A DNA stretch of 64,000 bases, taken from the IMG/VR virus record IMGVR_UViG_3300030330_006222; one strand, 5' to 3'. The translations under genes were made by a program, and so were the position numbers. The notes below the pieces were generated by a model. The model saw only the letters and a program-made list of their open reading frames with translations, made no database searches and was not told where the DNA came from. Position 1 is the stretch's first letter, and each line of letters opens with the position of its first letter. Shown here in pieces: positions 56,336 through 64,000 of this stretch. This stretch comes from an uncultured virus (IMG/VR IMGVR_UViG_3300030330_006222) (lineage: Duplodnaviria; Heunggongvirae; Uroviricota; Caudoviricetes).

Positions 56336-58230
56336 TATCTTGTCTCGTTTTTAAATTTTGGTAACAAAATGAAATCTTTGATACGCTTTGATACACTAGT
56401 AGAATTTAACATACTAAGTACCGGTTTGTCAAGTTTAAATCTCTTATCTTTTAATAAAACATTCTTACAATGCATCATCTGTGAAAGCTGATCATGTAAC
56501 ACTCTATCAGGTCCGTTTGGTGTCCCTGAAGGACCGTACGTATCTGTGTATTGTTTGTTGTATTTGCCTTCATCTGATTGTGGAACTCCGCCGCTGTAGA
56601 AATCCAAACCAAACACGGCTAACTCTTTAATTGGATAGCCTAATAACATATTTAATGCACCGTAACCAGAATTAAAGTTTGCTGAATATACTGTGTATAC
56701 TCCCTTATCAAATTTTTCAATGTGTTGCTTTGCATAGATTTCCCAATACAATGCCCATCGATCCCAGGTAGAATCTTCATTTTTAAGATGCACGAACGGC
56801 ACATTTAATTCAGCGAACTTTGATTCATATACCTCATCTACCATAGCCCATGTGCCATCTGGCTTCATTTGGCTGGCTGTATCGTTACAAATAACAAACT
56901 TAGGTCTCTGTTCTTCTGGTAATGATTGTATGTGTTCAACAACCGGGGGTCCATAATTAGAATTTAAACAGCTTTGAATAATATCAGTTCTAGTCCCATA
57001 GTCTTCTTCATTTGGAATGCCGTGCTGTATGCGCACTACAACGTCATATGAATCAATTAACTCACCCTGACCAAGTCCTTTCATGTATGGTGCCGGACCT
57101 ACAAACGCCACCTTTTTATCTTTGAGATACTCACTTAGTTGCTCATCAGTGCTAAAATTTTTCATAAACAAGGCTTCAGGTGTGATTCTTTGAAACTGAT
57201 CTACACATTCTGAAGTCGTTAACTTTCTGCAATTTTCTATTGTATTGTTAATGCGTTCTGTAATTTCTATCCATGGATTAGTCGTTGTTTTTAAATCAGA
57301 ATACTTGATTGTGGAGAGCATCTCGTTTATTATTTGTTCATTTTCAGAATTTATGTCAGACATTTGTTTTCTAACACTAACTTCTATATTATTAAACCAT
57401 TCATGCTCCAAATCAAAGAAAAGTTCTATTGTTTCACGATTAAAATAATCCTTTATGTGATGATCGCTAACTGGGACCAATTTATTATCCAGTGCTATTT
57501 TTTGAAATACTGATTTTATCAACATAGAATTATATTTTTGAGACTCATTGGTGGCGTATCTATCAATGGTAGCGACTTTCTTAAACGCTGGACGAATCCA
57601 CTTCCACATCTCATTCATTCTGTAATCGTTCCAGGCGCCGTCTAGGTTGTGGGGTGCTTCCATATCAGTGTTTCCGTTGTCGTAGACCATTTTGTGACTA
57701 CAAACAACGTGCCTTAAAAACGGTATTTCTAAAATATTAAACAAATGACAAGCTTCAACGCCACCACCAAAATTAGTAATCATTGGAAAAAACCATTTCA
57801 TTAGCGAGTGGTGGATAACCTTCATGCCACAATGAGTAAATGGAAGCACAGAGGCGTCTTTACTGTCACGATAGTCAGTATTCGCAGCATAGGGAGTGGT
57901 CATACCATTGCCAGGATAGTAAGTCAACACAGCGGGATTAAATTTATTTAAATCCTCAAGAATCTGTTCTTTTACTCCTAAGTCTCGTAATGGTCTAAAG
58001 TTGTAATCATAATCCACAAACGCATAATACTCATACTGTTGTGGCACCATCGCAGCCAAAATATTTCTGGTATCGGTCCACGTAGTATTTGGGCAATATT
58101 TAAGAGCATCTTTGTTAGGTCCATCGTGAGTAACAAAGTAAAAATCACACTCTTCTTGTTTTGAAAAGTATTCAATATGCTTAGGATTGGGAGTTAAAGG
58201 CGTAACTTGCAATACGCAAAACTTCTTCAC
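56335..58230 (-). CDS. Two-domain glycosyltransferase: N-terminal GT-A-like (DxD) plus C-terminal GT29-like sialyltransferase domain
   Basis: FVDYD in the N-terminal half. VAFVGPAPYMKGLGQGELIDSYDVVVRI resembles sialylmotif L, NSGYGAL...ELAVFGLDFY resembles sialylmotif S, and HD resembles VS. Likely GTG start overlapping the gmd stop. Confidence 0.7.
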   Translation of the reverse strand: MKKFCVLQVTPLTPNPKHIEYFSKQEECDFYFVTHDGPNKDALKYCPNTTWTDTRNILAAMVPQQYEYYAFVDYDYNFRPLRDLGVKEQILEDLNKFNPAVLTYYPGNGMTTPYAANTDYRDSKDASVLPFTHCGMKVIHHSLMKWFFPMITNFGGGVEACHLFNILEIPFLRHVVCSHKMVYDNGNTDMEAPHNLDGAWNDYRMNEMWKWIRPAFKKVATIDRYATNESQKYNSMLIKSVFQKIALDNKLVPVSDHHIKDYFNRETIELFFDLEHEWFNNIEVSVRKQMSDINSENEQIINEMLSTIKYSDLKTTTNPWIEITERINNTIENCRKLTTSECVDQFQRITPEALFMKNFSTDEQLSEYLKDKKVAFVGPAPYMKGLGQGELIDSYDVVVRIQHGIPNEEDYGTRTDIIQSCLNSNYGPPVVEHIQSLPEEQRPKFVICNDTASQMKPDGTWAMVDEVYESKFAELNVPFVHLKNEDSTWDRWALYWEIYAKQHIEKFDKGVYTVYSANFNSGYGALNMLLGYPIKELAVFGLDFYSGGVPQSDEGKYNKQYTDTYGPSGTPNGPDRVLHDQLSQMMHCKNVLLKDKRFKLDKPVLSMLNSTSVSKRIKDFILLPKFKNETR

Positions 58231-59198
58231 AGTTCGCGCTCCCATCTCTCAATCATTTCATCCAGCATGGAACTAAAGGTGTATTCTGGCTCCCACCCAA
58301 GCACCTTACGCGACTTTGAAGAATCACCTTTAAGGTACTTAAGCTCTTCTGGGCGCATATATTTAGGGTTTTGAACAATATAATCTCTATAGTCCATATC
58401 GAGCTTAGAGAACACTTGCTCACACAAGTCTCTAACGGAGTGTGTTTCGCCTGTTGCTACAATAAACTCGTCCGGCTCATCGTGGTTAATAATCATATGC
58501 ATTGCGCGGACGTAGTCCTTGGAGTGACCCCAATCACGGTAAGAATCCATATTTCCTAATTCCAGCTTATCTTGTAATCCTTTCTTAATTGATACCGCGC
58601 CCTTCACCACCTTATTGGTGACGAAGTTGGAGCCGCGTCGAGGAGATTCGTGATTGAACAAGATACCGTTGCAAGCATGCAGCTTGTAAGCGTGTCTATA
58701 GTGCCTCACAAGGTTATATCCCATCACTTTAGCACAACCATAAGGGCTGACAGGGTTCATCGGTGTAGTAAGCCTCTGCACACCATCATCGTCCACAGAA
58801 TTACCAAACATCTCCGAAGAGCTAGCTTGGTAGAATTTAGCGTTTGGCACCAGAGTGCGATAAACCTCTAACATATTCAATACACCCAAAGCATTTGTTT
58901 GGATTGTAAATGAAGGCATATCAAAACTAACTCTAACATGACTCATAGCACCAAGATTGTAGATCTCGTCTGGTTGTACCTCTTGAGTGATTCTTACCAA
59001 AGATGGATAATCAAGAAGGTCTCCGTAGTGAGTGTGAACGTGCTCATTCAAACCAAGCTTATCGAGACGGTGGTTTTGGTTTTCTGCAACTGAATGTCTG
59101 CGTACAATTCCGTGTACTTCATATCCTAGCGATAATAAGTGCTCTGATAAGTAACTTCCGTCTTGTCCGGCAATACCAGTTATAAGTGCCTTTTTCAT
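58227..59198 (-). CDS. gmd: GDP-mannose 4,6-dehydratase
   Basis: ALITGIAGQDGSYL, YNLGAMSHV, QASSSEMFG, SPYGCAK, GILFNHESPRRG, RDWGH. Confidence 0.97.
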   Translation of the reverse strand: MKKALITGIAGQDGSYLSEHLLSLGYEVHGIVRRHSVAENQNHRLDKLGLNEHVHTHYGDLLDYPSLVRITQEVQPDEIYNLGAMSHVRVSFDMPSFTIQTNALGVLNMLEVYRTLVPNAKFYQASSSEMFGNSVDDDGVQRLTTPMNPVSPYGCAKVMGYNLVRHYRHAYKLHACNGILFNHESPRRGSNFVTNKVVKGAVSIKKGLQDKLELGNMDSYRDWGHSKDYVRAMHMIINHDEPDEFIVATGETHSVRDLCEQVFSKLDMDYRDYIVQNPKYMRPEELKYLKGDSSKSRKVLGWEPEYTFSSMLDEMIERWEREL

Positions 59199-59785
59199 TT
59201 AAAAATCTCCATTTGTGTTAAGTCTGGCCAGTCTTCTACTGTCCATTTTGTTGGTTTAGTGGCGATTGCAGTCTGTAATTTTTCTAAACCAAGTTGCGCT
59301 GTTTCAGGTGTCATATAATAATGATACCCAACAGAAGAAATATTCTGCTCGCGCCAAGGTACATCAGGTAGTCTACCATCATACGACATTTTTTTCAAGC
59401 GTAAAGCTGCTTCTTTATTATCAGTAAGGATCATTCCACCTCGTCCCAAACTAAGATGCTTGCGAAATTGAAAACTTAAGCACATGAAAGTGTTTGGAAT
59501 ATAAGAATCTTTTTCCCACAAAACTGCGGCATCTATAATATTTGAGTCACCAAGGTAATAATAATCTTGCCAAGTCTCATCGCGCCAACTAAAATCTATG
59601 TTTAGTTTCTGTGCTAAAAATGGAACCGATATGTACGTTCTTTTTGGAGTCGAGAACTTTTGTATTTTCTGGTCTCTTAGACACAATTCTAAAGCATGTG
59701 TGCAGCAATCAACTGCCACACCGTAAGGAGAACCAAAGAAGTTCGCTATTTGATTTTCAAATTCATTTATAACTTCAAAACTCAT
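59195..59785 (-). CDS. Miniature DegT/DnrJ/EryC1/StrS PLP-dependent sugar aminotransferase
   Basis: FENQIA...AVDCCTHALEL, IIDAA, SFQFRKHL..GRGGMI (catalytic Lys), GYHYYM; only 196 aa. Confidence 0.8.
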   Translation of the reverse strand: MSFEVINEFENQIANFFGSPYGVAVDCCTHALELCLRDQKIQKFSTPKRTYISVPFLAQKLNIDFSWRDETWQDYYYLGDSNIIDAAVLWEKDSYIPNTFMCLSFQFRKHLSLGRGGMILTDNKEAALRLKKMSYDGRLPDVPWREQNISSVGYHYYMTPETAQLGLEKLQTAIATKPTKWTVEDWPDLTQMEIFK

Positions 59786-60326
59786 TTTTCAAACACTCCA
59801 CATTAAGACTGACCAAAACACCATTTTCTTTATCCATGTGTGGGATATATGCTTGCGAGTGATCATCAAATTTAGCATGCTCAGTATCTCTCCAATCATA
59901 GTATTGTATATTGCAAAAGTCTAGACTGGCTAGTAAACTAGCTAGGCTTCTGAAATCGTATGTAGTCTTGTGATAAATGGTTTCATTATCCATTGGCATC
60001 CTACCATATAGCGGACCAAGTATGTTTTCTAACTTAATTTTCTTATCTAAATAAAGTTGCGCTAATACAGGAAAATTTGGCACCGCCAACCGCAACACTC
60101 CGTACGGTTTTAAAGCGCGCTTCCATTCTTTTAGCAGAGGAATAACCTCTTCGCGATCAAAATATTCTATTACATGTGAGGCATATATGATATCAACTGA
60201 ATTATCCTCGAACTGACTTAGGTCCGTTATGTCACGATAGTCTAAATGTTCATAATCACCACCATCAATGTGAACCCAATCATTACCAAAGTTACGCCAG
60301 CCGCAGCCAATATTGATTTTAATCAT
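59775..60326 (-). CDS. Class I SAM-dependent methyltransferase
   Basis: INIGCG, IIYASHVIEY, RALKPYGVLRLAVP; start MIKIN has SD AAGGAG. Confidence 0.88.
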   Translation of the reverse strand: MIKINIGCGWRNFGNDWVHIDGGDYEHLDYRDITDLSQFEDNSVDIIYASHVIEYFDREEVIPLLKEWKRALKPYGVLRLAVPNFPVLAQLYLDKKIKLENILGPLYGRMPMDNETIYHKTTYDFRSLASLLASLDFCNIQYYDWRDTEHAKFDDHSQAYIPHMDKENGVLVSLNVECLKNEF

Positions 60327-60738
60327 CAATAAACTCCTTGTCACTGGCTTGTCCGTAATAAGGACCAGTCTTGTATTCTAAAACCAAAGTGTTATCTTCA
60401 AGAATTACATAATTATGACCACCGAATAATGTGATCGATAAGTCGCCAGTCTCTAATATTCTTCTTTCTACAATAGTGTCATCAAGATCGTAAAATATAG
60501 CCTCCACTCTACCGTTCATCACAACCCAAGATTCTTGAGCTATAGCACTTTTAGGTACAGTTTTGTAAATATGTTTGTGAGGTTTAAACGTCTTTCCCTT
60601 ACTAAAATTTAAAATAGCTAACTGGAGGTATTGCTCTTCATCCACTATGTCATTTCTAACATCATTCAATTCAGCTGGTCTACAGACAATATGCAATAAC
60701 TTATCTGGTTCAACTTTAGAATATATTTTATCAAACAT
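60319..60738 (-). CDS. Cupin-fold protein (WbuC-like, sugar-locus type)
   Basis: KPHKH, QESWVV..G, GGHNY, EYKTGPY. Confidence 0.75.
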   Translation of the reverse strand: MFDKIYSKVEPDKLLHIVCRPAELNDVRNDIVDEEQYLQLAILNFSKGKTFKPHKHIYKTVPKSAIAQESWVVMNGRVEAIFYDLDDTIVERRILETGDLSITLFGGHNYVILEDNTLVLEYKTGPYYGQASDKEFIDD

Positions 60739-61430
60739 TATAATCCTAATGCTTTTTCAAGCGACATTCTTTTAAAACAACGCAGCGTTGTGATTGGGCT
60801 ACAATTTATAACTTGTATCCCAGCATGAGCGGCACGGTAGGCAAAGGCATTCCAAGTTGGTAAATGAAATTTGATTCCATCTGGAATATTGTATTCATCA
60901 CCCTTTTGTTGGTAATCATCGAACCAATAGTTTGGATTCTTATCCGGTGTTTTTTCCATCTTAAGACCTGGACCGTCTTTCACGCATCCGTCTACAAATT
61001 CGACGTAATTGCAATCAACTCCTAATAAAACAATCTTTTTGTATCCCAAAGCAGCTGCAGTTGAACAGGCATTTGCACCAGAGTTACCATTGTCGTGAAA
61101 TTGTGCAAAATCCTTCGGAGATGAATTCCATTTGTTTGTTGTACCATATGGTAGTAAATTGACAAATTGAAATTTCTCATGGTTATCATTTATGTCTATG
61201 ATATAGAAGCACTTCTCAATTGGAGAATTGTCAATTAAATTATTAAAACTCTCGCGATGGTTTTCTGTAACTCGATAGTCATAGCAGCCGTGATATTTTG
61301 GCCACCAATCCATTCTTTCATATGCTCTGTAAGCCGAGTTTAAACCAAAGGTATCAAACCCGTCAAGCTTGGCAAAATCAACGTCTTTCAAAGACGGACC
61401 ATTGCCCATAATAACTATAGTATCACTCAT
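60738..61430 (-). CDS. GT42 (CstII)/Maf-like ulosonic-acid transferase (DUF115-type fold)
   Basis: IVIMGNGPSLKDVDF...FGLNSAY...NSGANACSTAAALGYKKIVLLGVDCNY parallels the CstII/Maf motifs GNGPSL and SG...A..LGYK.I.L.G.D. Confidence 0.72.
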   Translation of the reverse strand: MSDTIVIMGNGPSLKDVDFAKLDGFDTFGLNSAYRAYERMDWWPKYHGCYDYRVTENHRESFNNLIDNSPIEKCFYIIDINDNHEKFQFVNLLPYGTTNKWNSSPKDFAQFHDNGNSGANACSTAAALGYKKIVLLGVDCNYVEFVDGCVKDGPGLKMEKTPDKNPNYWFDDYQQKGDEYNIPDGIKFHLPTWNAFAYRAAHAGIQVINCSPITTLRCFKRMSLEKALGL

Positions 61431-62280
61431 AATAACTCCAAAAAGCGTCTCCTCTGCTATCCATATGTTCGTAACACGACATCATTGTTTCAAACCAAGG
61501 CTCATCCTTATGTTGAACATGCTCATTTAAAACTAACTGACATCCAAGCATTTTTGCCTCCATGACAAGTCTGGGACACGTGTCGCTTGCTTGCGGTAAG
61601 AAAATAAGTCCTTTAGATGTGGACAGTTTAATTAATAGTTCATGATATTGTAAGCCTGAAATTAGTTCGTACTCTAGGTTATTCTCCTCGGCGTATGCAA
61701 CAGCGAGGGCGCTTGGCTTTACTGGCGACACAGAATCTAAAATAAGATATTTATTGTCTTTCTCGTTATCTTTAATTGATAACATAAATCGTAAATCACC
61801 ACCACTAAACACTGAATTTAGCACTGCACAATTTTCATCTTTGAGAGCCGTAACTTTTTCAAGGATCATATTCTTTTGTTTTTCACTCATAAACCAAACT
61901 CTTTCAGCATATCCATAAAACGCAGAGTTAATTTTACCATGCATTTGTTTTTCACAGTCACAGGGCTCACCCTCAATTAACTGGTGTAATTCAAACGAAC
62001 GATGTTTACAAATTTTATAATCATATTCTACGATCGAGTATGAACAGTTTTTAGCCATGTATAGTTTGATATCATCCTGTAGTTGGAAAAAGTTGCAAAC
62101 TATAAAATGATGAGTGTCTTTGTTGTGGACTAAAGTTTTTTTGTCTAACTTTGCGCAATGAATCGGAGCAACATCAAAACCTCTACTAATACCATAACGC
62201 ATAATAGCGTCAGTGGTCAATTCAGCCCCACCAACGCCATCATTTATAAAAAAATCAGAGATAAAAGCAATTTTTTTCAT
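61423..62280 (-). CDS. Glycosyltransferase, GT-B (GT4-like)
   Basis: GGAELT at the N-terminus; DTCPRLVMEAKMLGC donor-binding motif. Confidence 0.78.
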   Translation of the reverse strand: MKKIAFISDFFINDGVGGAELTTDAIMRYGISRGFDVAPIHCAKLDKKTLVHNKDTHHFIVCNFFQLQDDIKLYMAKNCSYSIVEYDYKICKHRSFELHQLIEGEPCDCEKQMHGKINSAFYGYAERVWFMSEKQKNMILEKVTALKDENCAVLNSVFSGGDLRFMLSIKDNEKDNKYLILDSVSPVKPSALAVAYAEENNLEYELISGLQYHELLIKLSTSKGLIFLPQASDTCPRLVMEAKMLGCQLVLNEHVQHKDEPWFETMMSCYEHMDSRGDAFWSYYE

Positions 62281-63545
62281 AGTAAATCATTAAGCAGATT
62301 TTCTACTTCTTCCTGTTTCTCTTCTTCTCCCTTCAAATCTACGATACAGTTTACAAACTCTTCGTACATATTTTCAGGTGAAAATTGCTGTCTTAAATCA
62401 AGCGCTCGGCTGCAACTATTAAGTGCAATCGAGTCCTCTACATTGTTCGTAATATCATTATAACAATTTCTCATTTGTTCCTTAACCGAATGTGGTCTTG
62501 CATATGACCAGCCAGATTCTTTTAGAATTACCCCATCCCAAACAGCAGCTTCAGGTACAGTATTGATATCAAATGCTACTTGGTAAAAATGTGGCTTGGG
62601 CGGGATGGCATTATCATATATGAAATCGCATTGTCCGGACCAACCAACTGCTACAACAGGTAGCCCACTATAAGCAGCTTCGAAGATTGGTAATCCAAAA
62701 CCCTCACCGTGCGGAATAGCGACCATGGCATGAATCTTTTCATCCTGATATAAGGAATGCATTTCTTCGTCTGACATATGTCCGTGAATTAGATAGATCT
62801 TACACTTTCTATCATCGGCAGAAACCTGGTTAATCATATTTCTTAAATTCGCCAAACACATGTTTCTGTCCATCAAACAATTCTTCGCAATATTGGTTTT
62901 AACAACAAGTCCAACATCTTCGTCTTTGAACTCCTCAATAAAACACTTTATTGTTGTTTCCAAGTTTTTACGAGGTCCGAGTTGGGCTACAGTTACAAAA
63001 TTAAACTTGGTCTCTAATTCAAGATTTAAGTCTGGTAAATCATCATACTGTTTAACTGGGTAATTAACTGCTGTAATATCTGCACTGTTTTCAAGTATAA
63101 TTCTTTGACCGGTCGATTCATCAACACCCTCAAAGCGCGCTGCTGACAAAACATTCTTCGAATGATTAGATACAACAATTATAGAATCCATTTCATTACA
63201 CTTGGCTGTCCACTCTGGGGCGCAGAGAGTAGTCTCAATTCCTGCAGTGTATCCTATGTCCCTCTTGGCTATATTCATAAACTCATTCGGAATAGTCACT
63301 TGTAAAGAGATATCGAACTGACCACCTTGTTGTACAAAGCCAACAGTCTTTTCGATTGTTTCGTCAATCCACCTTCTTTCAGGCGTATCATCAATAATCC
63401 AAGATGTTTGTCCCCAAGTTATTGGCTTAATATAAACATCAAATAAGTCTTCGCGACTTCTAAGAGCCCTCAAAGCAAATCGAGCTTGCTCTCCATAACC
63501 ACTACGAGTCAGTATAGGTCCGACTAACAATACACTTTTTTTCAT
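62277..63545 (-). CDS. Glycosyltransferase, GT-B (GT4-like)
   Basis: SGYG, PRKNLE, GEGFGLPIFEAAYSGLPVV. Confidence 0.9.
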   Translation of the reverse strand: MKKSVLLVGPILTRSGYGEQARFALRALRSREDLFDVYIKPITWGQTSWIIDDTPERRWIDETIEKTVGFVQQGGQFDISLQVTIPNEFMNIAKRDIGYTAGIETTLCAPEWTAKCNEMDSIIVVSNHSKNVLSAARFEGVDESTGQRIILENSADITAVNYPVKQYDDLPDLNLELETKFNFVTVAQLGPRKNLETTIKCFIEEFKDEDVGLVVKTNIAKNCLMDRNMCLANLRNMINQVSADDRKCKIYLIHGHMSDEEMHSLYQDEKIHAMVAIPHGEGFGLPIFEAAYSGLPVVAVGWSGQCDFIYDNAIPPKPHFYQVAFDINTVPEAAVWDGVILKESGWSYARPHSVKEQMRNCYNDITNNVEDSIALNSCSRALDLRQQFSPENMYEEFVNCIVDLKGEEEKQEEVENLLNDLL

Positions 63546-64000
63546 GCGACCTCCAGTAAGTGCCATTTTTTATAATTCTTTCTAGTTTCCCAAGAACCAC
63601 TTTCTTCAATAACCTTGTCCATAAACTCAACCCACTGTTTTTCATAGTTTTCAAAACTAAAGTTTTCTTTAATGTGTTGAATACCTGCTTCAGACATTTT
63701 CTTATATTTTGTTTTTGGCTGCTTGAGTGCCTTTGTAAGCGTCTTTTCAAAATCCTTTTGGCTAATCCTATCTTCATAGATATAAGGCACCTGAAGCGAA
63801 CCAATGATGGTTTTAGAGCACGGTTGAATACCCCAGCCAAACCAATTGGTACCATCTGTAACCTGTTCTTGAAGACCACCGGTCATGTTTACAATAATGG
63901 GTGTGCCACAAGATAAAGACTCCAGGGTAGCTAAACCAAAGCCTTCCGCATCAGAAATGTTAATAGTATAGTCTGAAGCATTGTACATAATCGCTAATTG
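63542..64000 (-). CDS. Glycosyltransferase, GT-B (GT4-like), 5' part outside the window
   Basis: EGFGLATLESLSCGTPII..TGGLQEQV; frame is open to position 64000. Confidence 0.9.
   Translation of the reverse strand, partial: QLAIMYNASDYTINISDAEGFGLATLESLSCGTPIIVNMTGGLQEQVTDGTNWFGWGIQPCSKTIIGSLQVPYIYEDRISQKDFEKTLTKALKQPKTKYKKMSEAGIQHIKENFSFENYEKQWVEFMDKVIEESGSWETRKNYKKWHLLEVA

Larger units (their letters stand above)
1..64000 (-). mobile_element. Segment of a large contractile-tailed bacteriophage genome (jumbo-myovirus-like)
   Basis: Contains gp25 and gp6/J baseplate genes, a gp5-like hub, a phage-type primase, RuvC, a gp55-like sigma factor and giant orphan virion proteins. Genes are densely packed on one strand with SD sites; no cellular housekeeping genes are seen. 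Confidence 0.93.

Noticed and set aside
1..64000. Eukaryotic giant virus (suggested by the Mre11-Rad50 fusion, glycosylation genes and GT29)
   Set aside because: SD sites, sigma70 promoters, a sigma factor, overlapping operonic genes, a peptidoglycan peptidase and contractile baseplate genes all indicate a bacteriophage.
48596..64000. Host LPS/capsule locus or chimeric assembly
   Set aside because: It shares strand and overlapping junctions with the phage genes, and no Wzx/Wzy/ABC export or initiating transferase is visible in the window. Read-level confirmation would still be useful.
1..64000. Stop-codon reassignment, introns/inteins, tRNA genes, CRISPR arrays
   Set aside because: Multi-kb genes are intact in code 11, all three stops end genes, and intergenic gaps are about 100 nt or less with no such structures recognised by eye.

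Overview
This window is a 64 kb slice of a large contractile-tailed bacteriophage genome (jumbo-myovirus-like), not a cellular chromosome. Every credible gene is on the minus strand, tightly packed with TAATG/ATGA overlaps and Shine-Dalgarno sites, in genetic code 11. In transcription order (right to left) there are four blocks. (1) An island of about 15 kb and 17 genes for nucleotide-sugar synthesis and glycosyl transfer (48.6-64 kb). It includes gmd, a miniature DegT aminotransferase, a CMP-ulosonate synthetase, an HpcH aldolase, a GmhA-like SIS-HAD fusion and two unrelated sialyltransferase-like proteins (GT29-like and GT42/Maf-like). (2) A phage sigma factor and small accessory genes (46.5-48.6 kb). 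(3) A baseplate/virion module of about 39 kb (7.6-46.5 kb): gp5-like hub with an M15 peptidase, gp25, gp6/J, a 3176-aa LamG wedge protein and paralogous tail-collar-like proteins. (4) A RuvC-like resolvase, FKBP PPIase, primase, three proteins with similar acidic leaders, and a single-chain Mre11-Rad50 (SbcD-SbcC) fusion that the ORF track missed. Two promoter classes are readable by eye: host sigma70-type TTGAC(A/T)-17-TAnnnT before replication genes, and an (A)CTATTTA-like motif before virion genes. The most interesting hypothesis is a phage-encoded virion glycosylation system that makes a sialic-acid-like (ulosonic) sugar by a non-canonical route and transfers it onto baseplate proteins that are strongly enriched in a T-G-S tripeptide. 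All functional calls rest on motif recognition; no database searches were run.
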